DNA of 64,000 nucleotides, taken from assembly GCF_009914755.1 (NCBI RefSeq), contig NC_060942.1; one strand, written 5' to 3'. Made by a program: the position numbers and the translations under genes. This document shows positions 13,600 through 28,400 of the stretch, piece by piece. The notes beneath the pieces are model-generated. The model saw nothing but the letters and a program-made list of their open reading frames with translations. It had not been told where the DNA came from and did no database searches. Within the stretch, counting starts at the first letter, position 1. The number at the start of each line of letters is the position of its first letter. This DNA is from the human T2T-CHM13v2.0 reference genome, Homo sapiens.

Positions 13600-16500
13600 C
13601 TTTAGACAGAATAGTTTTGAAACACTCTTTTTGTGGAATCTGCAAGTGGATATTTGGCTAGATTTCAGGATTTCGTTGGAAACGGGATTACATATAAAAA
13701 GCAGACAGCAGCATTCTCAGAAACTTCTTTGTGATGATTGCATTCAAGTCACAGAATTGAACATTCCCTTTCACAGAGCAGGTTTGAAACACTCTTTTTG
13801 TAGTGTGTGTAAGTGGACATTTGGAGCGCTTTCCGGCCTAAGGTGAACAAGGAAATATCTTCCCATAAAAACTAGACAGAAGCATTCTCAGAAACTTACT
13901 CGTGATGTGTGTCCTCAACTAAAGGAGTAGAACCTTTCTTTTCATAGAGAAGTTTTGAAACGCTCTTTTTGTGGAATCTGCAAGTGGATATTTGGCTAGT
14001 TTTGGGGATTTCGTTGAAAGCGGGAATTCATACAAATTGCAGACTGCAGCGTTCTGAGAAACATCTTTGTGATGTTTGTATTCAGGACACAGAGTTGAAC
14101 ATTCCCTATCATAGAGCAGGTTGGAATCACTCCTTTTGTAGTATCTGGAAGTGGACATTTGGAGCGCTTTCAGGCATATGTTGAAAAAGGAATTATCTTC
14201 CCATAACAACTAGACAGAGGCATTCTCAGAAACTTGTTTGTGATGTGTGCCCTCTACTGACAGAGTTGAACCTTTCTTTTCATAGAGCACTTTCGAAACA
14301 CTCTTTTTGTAGAATCTGCAAGAGGATATTTGCATAGCTTTGAGGATTTCGTGGGAAACGGGATTGTCTTCAGGTAAAATCTAGACAGAAGCATTCTCAG
14401 AAACTTATTTGGGATGTTTGCATTCAAGTCACAGAGTAAAACATTCCCTTTGGTAGAGCAGGTTTGAAACACTCTTTTTGTAGTGTGTGTAAGTGGACAT
14501 TTGGAGCGCTTTCAGGCCTACGTTGGAAAAGGAAATATCTTCCCATAACAACTAGACAGAAGCATTCTCAGAAACTAGTTTCTGATGTGTGTCCTCAACT
14601 AACACAGTTGAACTTTTCTTTAGACAGAACAGTTTTGAAACACTCTTTTGTGGAATCTGCAAGTGGATATTTGGCTAGATTTGAGGATTTCGTTGGAAAA
14701 GGGATTACATATAAAAAGCAGACAGCAGCATTCTCAGAAACTTCTTTGTGATGATTGTATTCAGGACACAGAGTTGAACATTCCCTATCATAGAGCAGGT
14801 TGGAATCACTCCTTTTGTAGTATCTGGAAGTGGACATTTGGAGCGCTTTCAGGCCTATGTTGAAAAAGGAAATATCTTCCCATAACAACTAGGCAGAAGC
14901 ATTCTCAGAAACTTGTTTGTGATGTGTGCCTTCTACTGACACAGTTGAACCTTTCTTTTCATAGAGCAGTTTCGAAACACTCTTTTTGTAGAATCTGTAA
15001 GAGGATATTTGCATAGCTTTGAGGATTTCGTAGGAAACGGGATTGTCTTCACGTAAAATCTACACAGAAGAATTCTCAGAAACTTCTTTGGGATGTTTGC
15101 ATTCAAGTCACAGAGTAGAATATTCACTTTGGTAGAGCAGGTTTGAAACACTGTTTTTATAGTGTGTGTAAGTGGACATTTGGAGCGCTTTCAGGCCTAC
15201 GTTGGAAAAGGAAATATCTTCCCATAACAACTAGACAGAAGCATTCTCAGAAACTAGTTTCTGATGTGTGTCCTCAACTAACACAGTTGAACATTTCTTT
15301 AGACAGAACAGTTTTGAAACACTCTTTTTGTGGAATCTGCAAGTGGATATTTGGCTAGATTTGAGGATTTCGTTGGAAACGGGATTACATATTAAAAGCA
15401 GACAGCAGCATTCTCAGAAACTTCTTTGTGATGATTGCATTCAAGTCACAGAATTGAACATTCCCTTTCACAGAGCAGGTTTGAAACACTCTTTTTGTAG
15501 TGTGTGTAAGTGGACATTTGGAGCGCTTTTCGGCCTAAGGTGAAAAAGGAAATATCTTCCCATAAAAATTAGACAGAAGCATTCTCAGAAACTTACTCGT
15601 GATGTGTGTCCTCAACTAAAGGAGTAGAACCTTTCTTTTCATAGAGAAGTTTTGAAACGCTCTTTTTGTGGAATCTGCAAGTGGATATTTGGCTAGTTTG
15701 GAGGATTTCGTTGGAAGCGGGAATTCATACAAATTGCAGACTGCAGCGTTCTGAGAAACATCTTTGTGATGTTTGTATTCAGGACACAGAGTTGAACATT
15801 CCCTATCATAGAGCAGGTTTGAATCACTCCTTTTCTATTATCTGGAAGTGGACATTTGGAGCGCTTTCAGGCCTATGTTGGAAAAGGAAATATCTTCCCA
15901 TAACAACTAGACAGAAGCATTCTCAGAAACTTATTTGAGATGTGTGTAGTCAACTAAGAGAATTGAACCACCGTTTTGAAGGAGCAGTTTTGAAACACTC
16001 TTTTTCTGGAATCTGCAAGTGGATATTTGGCTAGCTTTGGGGATTTCGCTGGAAGCGGGAATACATATAAAAAGCACACAGCAGCGTTCTGAGAAACTGC
16101 TTTCTGATGTTTGCATTCAAGTCAAAAGTTGAACACTCCTTTTCATAGAGCAGTCTTGAAATACCCCTTTTGTAGTATCTGGAACTGGACATTTGGAGCG
16201 CTTTCAGGGCTAAGGTGAAAAAGGAAATATCTTCCCATAAAAACTGGACAGAAGCATTCTCAGAAACTTGTTTATGCTGTATCTACTCAACTAACAAAGT
16301 TGAACCTTTCTTTTGATAGAGCAGTTTTGAAATGCTCTTTTTGTGGAATCTGCAAGTGGATATTTGGCTAGGTTTGAGGATTTCGTTGGAAGCGGGAATT
16401 CATACAAATTGCAGACTGCAGCGTTGTGAGAAACATCTTTGTGATGTTTGTATTCAGGACACAGAGTTGAACATTCCCTATCATAGAGCAGGTTGGAATC

Positions 16501-19500
16501 ACTCCTTTTGTAGTATCTGGAAGTGGACATTTGGAGCGCTTTCAGGCCTATGTTGAAAAAGGAAATATCTTCCCATAACAACTAGGCAGAGGCATTCTCA
16601 GAAACTTGTTTGTGATGTGTGCCCTCTACTGACACAGTTGAACCTTTCTTTTCATAGAGCAGTTTCGAAACACTCTTTTTGTAGAATCTGCAAGAGGATA
16701 TTTGCATAGCTTTGAGGATTTCGTGGGAAACGGGATTGTCTTCAGGTAAAATCTAGACAGAAGCATTCTCAGAAACTTCTTTGGGATGTTTGCATTCAAG
16801 TCACAGAGTCGAACATTCACTTTGGTAGAGCAGGTTTGAAACACTCTTTTTGTAGTGTGTGTAAGTGGACATTTGGAGCGCTTTCAGGCCTACGTTGGAA
16901 AAGGAAATATCTTCCCATAACAACTAGACAGAAGCATTCTCAGAAACTTGTTTGTGATGTGTGCCCTCTACTGACACAGTTGAACCTTTCTTTTCATAGA
17001 GCACTTTCGAAACACTCTTTTTGTAGAATCTGCAAGAGGATATTTGCATAGCTTTGAGGATTTCGTGGGAAACGGGATTGTCTTCAGGTAAAATCTAGAC
17101 AGAAGCATTCTCAGAAACTTCTTTGGGATGTTAGCATTCAAGTCACAGAGTAGAACATTCCCTTTGGTAGAGCAGGTTTGAAACACTCTTTTTGTAGTGT
17201 GGGTAAGTGGACATTTGGAGCGCTTTCAGGCCTACGTTGGAAAAGGAAATATCTTCCCATAACAACTAGACAGAAGCATTCTCAGAAACTAGTTTCTGAT
17301 GTGTGTCCTCAACTAACACAGTTGAACATTTCTTTAGACAGAATAGTTTTGAAACACTCTTTTTGTGGAATCTGCAAGTGGATATTTGGCTAGATTTCAG
17401 GATTTCGTTGGAAACGGGATTACATATAAAAAGCAGACAGCAGCATTCTCAGAAACTTCTTTGTGATGATTGCATTCAAGTCACAGAATTGAACATTCCC
17501 TTTCACAGAGCAGGTTTGAAACACTCTTTTTGTAGTGTGTGTAAGTGGACATTTGGAGCGCTTTCCGGCCTAAGGTGAACAAGGAAATATCTTCCCATAA
17601 AAACTAGACAGAAGCATTCTCAGAAACTTACTCGTGATGTGTGTCCTCAACTAAAGGAGTAGAACCTTTCTTTTCATAGAGAAGTTTTGAAACGCTCTTT
17701 TTGTGGAATCTGCAAGTGGATATTTGGCTAGTTTTGGGGATTTCGTTGAAAGCGGGAATTCATACAAATTGCAGACTGCAGCGTTCTGAGAAACATCTTT
17801 GTGATGTTTGTATTCAGGACACAGAGTTGAACATTCCCTATCATAGAGCAGGTTGGAATCACTCCTTTTGTAGTATCTGGAAGTGGACATTTGGAGCGCT
17901 TTCAGGCATATGTTGAAAAAGGAATTATCTTCCCATAACAACTAGACAGAGGCATTCTCAGAAACTTGTTTGTGATGTGTGCCCTCTACTGACAGAGTTG
18001 AACCTTTCTTTTCATAGAGCACTTTCGAAACACTCTTTTTGTAGAATCTGCAAGAGGATATTTGCATAGCTTTGAGGATTTCGTGGGAAACGGGATTGTC
18101 TTCAGGTAAAATCTAGACAGAAGCATTCTCAGAAACTTCTTTGGGATGTTTGCATTCAAGTCACAGAGTAAAACATTCCCTTTGGTAGAGCAGGTTTGAA
18201 ACACTCTTTTTGTAGTGTGTGTAAGTGGACATTTGGAGCGCTTTCAGGCCTACGTTGGAAAAGGAAATATCTTCCCATAACAACTAGACAGAAGCATTCT
18301 CACAAACTAGTTTCTGATGTGTGTCCTCAACTAACACAGTTGAACTTTTCTTTAGACAGAACAGTTTTGAAACACTCTTTTGTGGAATCTGCAAGTGGAT
18401 ATTTGGCTAGATTTGAGGATTTCGTTGGAAAAGGGATTACATATAAAAAGCAGACAGCAGCATTCTCAGAAACTTCTTTGTGATGATTGTATTCAGGACA
18501 CAGAGTTGAACATTCCCTATCATAGAGCAGGTTGGAATCACTCCTTTTGTAGTATCTGGAAGTGGACATTTGGAGCGCTTTCAGGCCTATGTTGAAAAAG
18601 GAAATATCTTCCCATAACAACTAGGCAGAAGCATTCTCAGAAACTTGTTTGTGATGTGTGCCTTCTACTGACACAGTTGAACCTTTCTTTTCATAGAGCA
18701 GTTTCGAAACACTCTTTTTGTAGAATCTGTAAGAGGATATTTGCATAGCTTTGAGGATTTCGTAGGAAACGGGATTGTCTTCACGTAAAATCTACACAGA
18801 AGAATTCTCAGAAACTTCTTTGGGATGTTTGCATTCAAGTCACAGAGTAGAATATTCACTTTGGTAGAGCAGGTTTGAAACACTGTTTTTATAGTGTGTG
18901 TAAGTGGACATTTGGAGCGCTTTCAGGCCTACGTTGGAAAAGGAAATATCTTCCCATAACAACTAGACAGAAGCATTCTCAGAAACTAGTTTCTGATGTG
19001 TGTCCTCAACTAACACAGTTGAACATTTCTTTAGACAGAACAGTTTTGAAACACTCTTTTTGTGGAATCTGCAAGTGGATATTTGGCTAGATTTGAGGAT
19101 TTCGTTGGAAACGGGATTACATATTAAAAGCAGACAGCAGCATTCTCAGAAACTTCTTTGTGATGATTGCATTCAAGTCACAGAATTGAACATTCCCTTT
19201 CACAGAGCAGGTTTGAAACACTCTTTTTGTAGTGTGTGTAAGTGGACATTTGGAGCGCTTTTCGGCCTAAGGTGAAAAAGAAAATATCTTCCCATAAAAA
19301 TTAGACAGAAGCATTCTCAGAAACTTACTCGTGATGTGTGTCCTCAACTAAAGGAGTAGAACCTTTCTTTTCATAGAGAAGTTTTGAAACGCTCTTTTTG
19401 TGGAATCTGCAAGTGGATATTTGGCTAGTTTTGAGGATTTCGTTGGAAGCGGGAATTCATACAAATTGCAGACTGCAGCGTTCTGAGAAACATCTTTGTG

Positions 19501-22500
19501 ATGTTTGTATTCAGGACACAGAGTTGAACATTCCCTATCATAGAGCAGGTTTGAATCACTCCTTTTCTATTATCTGGAAGTGGACATTTGGAGCGCTTTC
19601 AGGCCTATGTTGGAAAAGGAAATATCTTCCCATAACAACTAGACAGAAGCATTCTCAGAAACTTATTTGAGATGTGTGTAGTCAACTAAGAGAATTGAAC
19701 CACCGTTTTGAAGGAGCAGTTTTGAAACACTCTTTTTCTGGAATCTGCAAGTGGATATTTGGCTAGCTTTGGGGATTTCGCTGGAAGCGGGAATACATAT
19801 AAAAAGCACACAGCAGCGTTCTGAGAAACTGCTTTCTGATGTTTGCATTCAAGTCAAAAGTTGAACACTCCTTTTCATAGAGCAGTCTTGAAATACCCCT
19901 TTTGTAGTATCTGGAACTGGACATTTGGAGCGCTTTCAGGGCTAAGGTGAAAAAGGAAATATCTTCCCATAAAAACTGGACAGAAGCATTCTCAGAAACT
20001 TGTTTATGCTGTATCTACTCAACTAACAAAGTTGAACCTTTCTTTTGATAGAGCAGTTTTGAAATGCTCTTTTTGTGGAATCTGCAAGTGGATATTTGGC
20101 TAGGTTTGAGGATTTCGTTGGAAGCGGGAATTCATACAAATTGCAGACTGCAGCGTTGTGAGAAACATCTTTGTGATGTTTGTATTCAGGACACAGAGTT
20201 GAACATTCCCTATCATAGAGCAGGTTGGAATCACTCCTTTTGTAGTATCTGGAAGTGGACATTTGGAGCGCTTTCAGGCCTATGTTGAAAAAGGAAATAT
20301 CTTCCCATAACAACTAGGCAGAGGCATTCTCAGAAACTTGTTTGTGATGTGTGCCCTCTACTGACACAGTTGAACCTTTCTTTTCATAGAGCAGTTTCGA
20401 AACACTCTTTTTGTAGAATCTGCAAGAGGATATTTGCATAGCTTTGAGGATTTCGTGGGAAACGGGATTGTCTTCAGGTAAAATCTAGACAGAAGCATTC
20501 TCAGAAACTTCTTTGGGATGTTTGCATTCAAGTCACAGAGTCGAACATTCACTTTGGTAGAGCAGGTTTGAAACACTCTTTTTGTAGTGTGTGTAAGTGG
20601 ACATTTGGAGCGCTTTCAGGCCTACGTTGGAAAAGGAAATATCTTCCCATAACAACTAGACAGAAGCATTCTCAGAAACTTGTTTGTGATGTGTGCCCTC
20701 TACTGACACAGTTGAACCTTTCTTTTCATAGAGCACTTTCGAAACACTCTTTTTGTAGAATCTGCAAGAGGATATTTGCATAGCTTTGAGGATTTCGTGG
20801 GAAACGGGATTGTCTTCAGGTAAAATCTAGACAGAAGCATTCTCAGAAACTTCTTTGGGATGTTAGCATTCAAGTCACAGAGTAGAACATTCCCTTTGGT
20901 AGAGCAGGTTTGAAACACTCTTTTTGTAGTGTGGGTAAGTGGACATTTGGAGCGCTTTCAGGCCTACGTTGGAAAAGGAAATATCTTCCCATAACAACTA
21001 GACAGAAGCATTCTCAGAAACTAGTTTCTGATGTGTGTCCTCAACTAACACAGTTGAACATTTCTTTAGACAGAATAGTTTTGAAACACTCTTTTTGTGG
21101 AATCTGCAAGTGGATATTTGGCTAGATTTCAGGATTTCGTTGGAAACGGGATTACATATAAAAAGCAGACAGCAGCATTCTCAGAAACTTCTTTGTGATG
21201 ATTGCATTCAAGTCACAGAATTGAACATTCCCTTTCACAGAGCAGGTTTGAAACACTCTTTTTGTAGTGTGTGTAAGTGGACATTTGGAGCGCTTTCCGG
21301 CCTAAGGTGAACAAGGAAATATCTTCCCATAAAAACTAGACAGAAGCATTCTCAGAAACTTACTCGTGATGTGTGTCCTCAACTAAAGGAGTAGAACCTT
21401 TCTTTTCATAGAGAAGTTTTGAAACGCTCTTTTTGTGGAATCTGCAAGTGGATATTTGGCTAGTTTTGGGGATTTCGTTGAAAGCGGGAATTCATACAAA
21501 TTGCAGACTGCAGCGTTCTGAGAAACATCTTTGTGATGTTTGTATTCAGGACACAGAGTTGAACATTCCCTATCATAGAGCAGGTTGGAATCACTCCTTT
21601 TGTAGTATCTGGAAGTGGACATTTGGAGCGCTTTCAGGCATATGTTGAAAAAGGAATTATCTTCCCATAACAACTAGACAGAGGCATTCTCAGAAACTTG
21701 TTTGTGATGTGTGCCCTCTACTGACAGAGTTGAACCTTTCTTTTCAAAGAGCACTTTCGAAACACTCTTTTTGTAGAATCTGCAAGAGGATATTTGCATA
21801 GCTTTGAGGATTTCGTGGGAAACGGGATTGTCTTCAGGTAAAATCTAGACAGAAGCATTCTCAGAAACTTATTTGGGATGTTTGCATTCAAGTCACAGAG
21901 TAAAACATTCCCTTTGGTAGAGCAGGTTTGAAACACTCTTTTTGTAGTGTGTGTAAGTGGACATTTGGAGCGCTTTCAGGCCTACGTTGGAAAAGGAAAT
22001 ATCTTCCCATAACAACTAGACAGAAGCATTCTCAGAAACTAGTTTCTGATGTGTGTCCTCAACTAACACAGTTGAACTTTTCTTTAGACAGAACAGTTTT
22101 GAAACACTCTTTTGTGGAATCTGCAAGTGGATATTTGGCTAGATTTGAGGATTTCGTTGGAAAAGGGATTACATATAAAAAGCAGACAGCAGCATTCTCA
22201 GAAACTTCTTTGTGATGATTGTATTCAGGACACAGAGTTGAACATTCCCTATCATAGAGCAGGTTGGAATCACTCCTTTTGAAGTATCTGGAAGTGGACA
22301 TTTGGAGCGCTTTCAGGCCTATGTTGAAAAAGGAAATATCTTCCCATAACAACTAGGCAGAAGCATTCTCAGAAACTTGTTTGTGATGTGTGCCTTCTAC
22401 TGACACAGTTGAACCTTTCTTTTCATAGAGCAGTTTCGAAACACTCTTTTTGTAGAATCTGTAAGAGGATATTTGCATAGCTTTGAGGATTTCGTAGGAA

Positions 22501-24795
22501 ACGGGATTGTCTTCACGTAAAATCTAGACAGAAGAATTCTCAGAAACTTCTTTGGGATGTTTGCATTCAAGTCACAGAGTAGAATATTCACTTTGGTAGA
22601 GCAGGTTTGAAACACTGTTTTTATAGTGTGTGTAAGTGGACATTTGGAGCGCTTTCAGGCCTACGTTGGAAAAGGAAATATCTTCCCATAACAACTAGAC
22701 AGAAGCATTCTCAGAAACTAGTTTCTGATGTGTGTCCTCAACTAACACAGTTGAACATTTCTTTAGACAGAACAGTTTTGAAACACTCTTTTTGTGGAAT
22801 CTGCAAGTGGATATTTGGCTAGATTTGAGGATTTCGTTGGAAACGGGATTACATATTAAAAGCAGACAGCAGCATTCTCAGAAACTTCTTTGTGATGATT
22901 GCATTCAAGTCACAGAATTGAACATTCCCTTTCACAGAGCAGGTTTGAAACACTCTTTTTGTAGTGTGTGTAAGTGGACATTTGGAGCGCTTTTCGGCCT
23001 AAGGTGAAAAAGAAAATATCTTCCCATAAAAATTAGACAGAAGCATTCTCAGAAACTTACTCGTGATGTGTGTCCTCAACTAAAGGAGTAGAACCTTTCT
23101 TTTCATAGAGAAGTTTTGAAACGCTCTTTTTGTGGAATCTGCAAGTGGATATTTGGCTAGTTTGGAGGATTTCGTTGGAAGCGGGAATTCATACAAATTG
23201 CAGACTGCAGCGTTCTGAGAAACATCTTTGTGATGTTTGTATTCAGGACACAGAGTTGAACATTCCCTATCATAGAGCAGGTTTGAATCACTCCTTTTCT
23301 ATTATCTGGAAGTGGACATTTGGAGCGCTTTCAGGCCTATGTTGGAAAAGGAAATATCTTCCCATAACAACTAGACAGAAGCATTCTCAGAAACTTATTT
23401 GAGATGTGTGTAGTCAACTAAGAGAATTGAACCACCGTTTTGAAGGAGCAGTTTTGAAACACTCTTTTTCTGGAATCTGCAAGTGGATATTTGGCTAGCT
23501 TTGGGGATTTCGCTGGAAGCGGGAATACATATAAAAAGCACACAGCAGCGTTCTGAGAAACTGCTTTCTGATGTTTGCATTCAAGTCAAAAGTTGAACAC
23601 TCCCTTTCATAGAGCAGTCTTGAAATACCCCTTTTGTAGTATCTGGAACTGGACATTTGGAGCGCTTTCAGGGCTAAGGTGAAAAAGGAAATATCTTCCC
23701 ATAAAAACTGGACAGAAGCATTCTCAGAAACTTGTTTATGCTGTATCTACTCAACTAACAAAGTTGAACCTTTCTTTTGATAGAGCAGTTTTGAAATGCT
23801 CTTTTTGTGGAATCTGCAAGTGGATATTTGGCTAGGTTTGAGGATTTCGTTGGAAGCGGGAATTCATACAAATTGCAGACTGCAGCGTTGTGAGAAACAT
23901 CTTTGTGATGTTTGTATTCAGGACACAGAGTTGAACATTCCCTATCATAGAGCAGGTTGGAATCACTCCTTTTGTAGTATCTGGAAGTGGACATTTGGAG
24001 CGCTTTCAGGCCTATGTTGAAAAAGGAAATATCTTCCCATAACAACTAGGCAGAGGCATTCTCAGAAACTTGTTTGTGATGTGTGCCCTCTACTGACACA
24101 GTTGAACCTTTCTTTTCATAGAGCAGTTTCGAAACACTCTTTTTGTAGAATCTGCAAGAGGATATTTGCATAGCTTTGAGGATTTCGTGGGAAACGGGAT
24201 TGTCTTCAGGTAAAATCTAGACAGAAGCATTCTCAGAAACTTCTTTGGGATGTTTGCATTCAAGTCACAGAGTCGAACATTCACTTTGGTAGAGCAGGTT
24301 TGAAACACTCTTTTTGTAGTGTGTGTAAGTGGACATTTGGAGCGCTTTCAGGCCTACGTTGGAAAAGGAAATATCTTCCCATAACAACTAGACAGAAGCA
24401 TTCTCAGAAACTTGTTTGTGATGTGTGCCCTCTACTGACACAGTTGAACCTTTCTTTTCATAGAGCACTTTCGAAACACTCTTTTTGTAGAATCTGCAAG
24501 AGGATATTTGCATAGCTTTGAGGATTTCGTGGGAAACGGGATTGTCTTCAGGTAAAATCTAGACAGAAGCATTCTCAGAAACTTCTTTGGGATGTTAGCA
24601 TTCAAGTCACAGAGTAGAACATTCCCTTTGGTAGAGCAGGTTTGAAACACTCTTTTTGTAGTGTGTGTAAGTGGACATTTGGAGCGCTTTCAGGCCTACG
24701 TTGGAAAAGGAAATATCTTCCCATAACAACTAGACAGAAGCATTCTCAGAAACTAGTTTCTGATGTGTGTCCTCAACTAACACAGTTGAACATTT
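13600..24795 (+). repeat. Three tandem copies of a 3732-bp (22-monomer) super-repeat
   Basis: Homologous ORF starts recur at 14254/17986/21718, 14933/18665/22397 and 16626/20358/24090, with shared rare SNVs at a 3732-bp offset. Confidence 0.92.
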
Positions 24796-25428
24796 CTTTA
24801 GACAGAACAGTTTTGAAACACTCTTTTTGTGGAATCTGCAAGTGGATATTTGGCTAGATTTGAGGATTTCGTTGGAAACGGGATTACATATAAAAAGCAG
24901 ACAGCAGCATTCTCAGAAACTTCTTTGTGATGATTGCATTCAAGTCACAGAATTGAACATTCCCTTTCACAGAGCAGGTTTGAAACACTCTTTTTGTAGT
25001 GTGTGTAAGTGGACATTTGGAGCGCTTTCCGGCCTAAGGTGAAGATGGAAATATCTTCCCATAAAAACTAGACAGAAGCATTCTCAGAAACTTACTCGTG
25101 ATGTGTGTCCTCAACTAAAGGAGTAGAACCTTTCTTTTCATAGAGAAGTTTTGAAACGCTCTTTTTGTGGAATCTGCAAGTGGATATTTGGCTAGTTTGG
25201 AGGATTTCGTTGGAAGCGGGAATTCATACAAATTGCAGACTGCAGCGTTCTGAGAAACATCTTTGTGATGTTTGTATTCAGGACACAGAGTTGAACATTC
25301 CCTATCATAGAGCAGGTTGGAATCACTCCTTTTGTAGTATCTGGAAGTGGACATTTGGAGCGCTTTCAGGCCTATGTTGAAAAAGGAAATATCTTCCCAT
25401 AACAACTAGACAGAAGCATTCTCAGAAA

Positions 25429-28400
25429 CTTGTTTGTGATGTGTGCCCTCTACTGACACAGTTGAACCTTTCTTTTCATAGAGCACTTTCGAAACACTCT
25501 TTTTGTAGAATCTGCAAGAGGATATTTGCATAGCTTTGAGGATTTCGTGGGAAACGGGATTGTCTTCAGGTAAAATCTAGACAGAAGCATTCTCAGAAAC
25601 TTCTTTGGGATGTTTGCATTCAAGTCACAGAGTAGTACATTCCCTTTGGTAGAGCAGGTTTGAAACACTCTTTTTGTAGTGTGTGTAAGTGGACATTTGG
25701 AGCGCTTTCAGGCCTACGTTGGAAAAGGAAATATCTTCCCATAACAACTAGACAGAAGCATTCTCAGAAACTAGTTTCTGATGTGTGTCCTCAACTAACA
25801 CAGTTGAACATTTCTTTAGACAGAATAGTTTTGAAACACTCTTTTTGTGGAATCTGCAAGTGGATATTTGGCTAGATTTGAGGATTTCGTTGGAAACGGG
25901 ATTACATATAAAAAGCAGACAGCAACATTCTCAGAAACTTCTTTGTGATGATTGCATTCAAGTCACAGAATTGAACATTCCCTTTCACAGAGCAGGTTTG
26001 AAACACTCTTTTTGTAGTGTGTGTAAGTGGACATTTGGAGCGCTTTTCGGCCTAAGGTGAACAAGGAAATATCTTCCCATAAAAACTAGACAGAAGCATT
26101 CTCAGAAACTTACTCGTGATGTGTGTCCTCAACTAAAGGAGTAGAACCTTTCTTTTCATAGAGAAGTTTTGAAACGCTCTTTTTGTGGAATCTGCAAGTG
26201 GATATTTGGCTAGTTTGGAGGATTTCGTTGGAAGCGGGAATTCATACAAATTGCAGACTGCAGCGTTCTGAGAAACATCTTTGTGATGTTTGTATTCAGG
26301 ACACAGAGTTGAACATTCCCTATCATAGAGCAGGTTGGAATCACTCCTTTTGTAGTATCTGGAAGTGGACATTTGGAGCGCTTTCAGGCCTATGTTGGAA
26401 AAGGAAATATCTTCCCATAACAACAACACAGAAGCATTCTCAGAAACTTATTTGAGATGTGTGTACTCAACTAAGAGAATTGAACCACCGTTTTGAAGGA
26501 GCAGTTTTGAAACACTCTTTTTCTGGAATCTGCAAGTGGATATTTGGCTAGCTTTGGGGATTTCGCTGGAAGCGGGAATACATATAAAAAGCACACAGCA
26601 GCGTTCTGAGAAACTGCTTTCTGATGTTTGCATTCAAGTCAAAAGTTGAACACTCCCTTTCATAGAGCAGTCTTCAAACACCCCTTTTGTAGTATCTGGA
26701 ACTGGACATTTGGAGCGCTTTCAGGGCTAAGGTGAAAAAGGAAATACCTTCCCATAAAAACTGGACAGAAGCATTCTCAGAAACTTGTTTATGCTGTATC
26801 TACTCAACTAACAAAGTTGAACCTTTCTTTTGATAGAGCAGTTTTGAAATGCTCTTTTTGTGGAATCTGCAAGTGGATATTTGGCTAGGTTTGAGGATTT
26901 CGTTGGAAGCGGGAATTCATACAAATTGCAGACTGCAGCGTTCTGAGAAACATCTTTGTGATGTTTGTATTCAGGACACAGAGTTGAACATTCCCTATCA
27001 TAGAGCAGGTTTGAATCACTCCTTTTCTAGTATCTGGAAGTGGACATTTGGAGCGCTTTCAGGCCCATGTTGAAAAAGGAAATATCTTCCCATAACAACT
27101 AGGCAGAAGCATTCTCAGAAACTTGTTTGTGATGTGTGCAATCTACTGACACAGTTGAACCTTTCTTTTCATAGAGCAGTTTCGAAACACTCTTTTTGTA
27201 GAATCTGCAAGAGGATATTTGCATAGCTTTGAGGATTTCGTGGGAAACGGGATTGTCTTCAGATAAAATCTAGACAGAAGCATTCTCAGAAACTTCTTCG
27301 GGATGTTTGCATTCAAGTCACAGAGTAGAACATTCCCTTTGGTAGAGCAGGTTTGAAACACTCTTTTAGTAGTGTGTGTAAGTGGACATTTGGAGCGCTT
27401 TCAGGCCTACGTTGGAAAAGGAAATATCTTCCCATAACAACTAGACAGAAGCATTCTCAGAAACTAGTTTCTGATGTGTGTCCTCAACTAACAGAGTTGA
27501 ACATTTCTTTAGACAGAACAGTTTTGAAATACTCTTTTTGTGGAATCTGCAAGTGGATATTTGGCTAGATTTGAGGATTTCGTTGGAAACGGGATTACAT
27601 ATAAAAAGCAGACAGCAGCATTCTCAGAAACTTCTTTGTGATGATTGCATTCAAGTCACAGAATTGAACATTCCCTTTCACAGAGCAGGTTTGAAACACT
27701 CTTTTTGTAGTGTGTGTAAGTGGACATTTGGAGCGCTTTCCGGCCTAAGGTGAACAAGGAAATATCTTCCCATAAAAACTAGACAGAAGCATTCTCAGAA
27801 ACTTACTCGTGATGTGTGTCCTCAACTAAAGGAGTAGAACCTTTCTTTTCATAGAGAAGTTTTGAAACGCTCTTTTTGTGGAATCTGCAAGTGGATATTT
27901 GGCTAGTTTGGAGGATTTCGTTGGAAGCGGGAATTCATACAAATTGCAGACTGCAGCGTTCTGAGAAACATCTTTGTGATGTTTGTATTCAGGACACAGA
28001 GTTGAACATTCCCTATCATAGAGCAGGTTGGAATCACTCCTTTTGTAGTATCTGGAAGTGGACATTTGGAGCGCTTTCAGGCCTATGTTGGAAAACGAAA
28101 TATCTTCCCATAACAACTAGACAGAAGCATTCTCAGAAACTTATTTGAGATGTGTGTACTCAACTAAGAGAATTGAACCACCGTTTTGAAGGAGCAGTTT
28201 TGAAACACTCTTTTTCTGGAATCTGCAAGTGGATATTTGGCTAGCTTTGGGGATTTCGCTGGAAGCGGGAATACATATAAAAAGCACACAGCAGCGTTCT
28301 GAGAAACTGCTTTCTGATGTTTGCATTCAAGTCAAAAGTTGAACACTCCCTTTCATAGAGCAGTCTTGAAACACCCCTTTTGTAGTATCTGGAACTGGAC

